DNA of 64,000 nt from IMG/VR virus record IMGVR_UViG_3300027973_000031, positions 47,589 to 111,588 of that record. One strand, given 5' to 3'. Shown piece by piece: positions 63,723-64,000 of this stretch. The notes beneath the pieces are model-generated. The model saw only the letters and a program-made list of their open reading frames with translations. It ran no database searches and was not told where the DNA came from. Source of the DNA: a virus. Taxonomy: Duplodnaviria > Caudoviricetes. Position 1 is the stretch's first letter; each line of letters begins with the position of its first letter. The translations under genes and the position numbers were made by a program.

Positions 63723-64000
63723 TTACCATTAAGTTAGCAATCAATGCAGATGGTTCAAAGTATTGGTTTCAAAATGGTAAATATCACAGAGACAACGACC
63801 AACCTGCTGTTATCTATGCAGATGGTTCAAAGTATTGGTGTCAAAATGGTAAATATCACAGAGACAACGACCAACCTGTTATGATCCATGCAGATGGTTC
63901 AAAGTATTGGTTTCAAAATGGTAAACTCCACAGAGACAACGACCAACCTACTGTTATCCATGCAGATGGTTCAAAGCGTTGGTATCAAAATGATAAATTT
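63719..64000 (+). CDS. Repeat protein (24-aa HRDNDQPA/MORN-like units), 3' truncated
   Basis: MITIKLAINADGSKYWFQNGKYHRDNDQPAVIY...; runs off the window. Confidence 0.8.
   Translation, partial: MITIKLAINADGSKYWFQNGKYHRDNDQPAVIYADGSKYWCQNGKYHRDNDQPVMIHADGSKYWFQNGKLHRDNDQPTVIHADGSKRWYQNDKF
63744..64000 (+). repeat. 72-bp coding tandem repeat, about 3.5 copies
   Basis: ATGCAGATGGTTCAAAG recurs at 63744, 63816, 63888 and 63960. Confidence 0.92.

Noticed and set aside
63744-64000. CRISPR array or DGR template/variable repeat
   Set aside because: These are contiguous 72-bp in-frame coding repeats without unique spacers. Differences are not adenine-specific and no reverse transcriptase is in the window.
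1-64000. Stop-codon reassignment (alternative genetic code)
   Set aside because: Conserved genes (dnaE, nrdJ, groEL, uvsX) are full length in the standard code, TAA/TAG/TGA all end genes, and no suppressor tRNA is seen.

Overview
This window is a 64-kb fragment of an AT-rich large (jumbo-type) tailed bacteriophage genome, and essentially all real genes are on the + strand. From left to right it holds: the end of a tail/baseplate block; a T4-like replication/recombination block (short family-A polymerase, tubulin/FtsZ-like GTPase, SSB, UvsX/RecA, 5'-3' exonuclease, DnaB, DnaE); nucleotide-metabolism genes (class II RNR, GMP-reductase/IMPDH-like, PurA-like, ThyX, dUTPase, TK, deaminase); chaperones (GroES-like, GroEL, Hsp20); a GC-richer early island (zinc-knuckle proteins, MoxR AAA + VWA pair); and a tRNA/tmRNA region with many small ORFs. 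Two promoter classes are visible: sigma70-type TTGACA-N17-TANNNT and a putative late motif ACTATTTA. The main unexplained signals are four. (1) A GMPR-like + PurA-like + mini TauD-like operon whose PurA keeps the IMP/GTP catalytic residues but has a rebuilt aspartate pocket. (2) A systematic architecture in which most promoters of both classes sit inside an RNA hairpin that would terminate or RBS-occlude read-through transcripts. (3) Several unexplained structured ncRNAs in the tRNA region, one of them wrapping a tRNA-like domain with a 5-nt anticodon loop. (4) Scattered late genes, including enzymes, carrying a shared L/I-x-E leader suggestive of capsid cargo. All calls were made by eye from motifs and base-pairing; no database searches were run.
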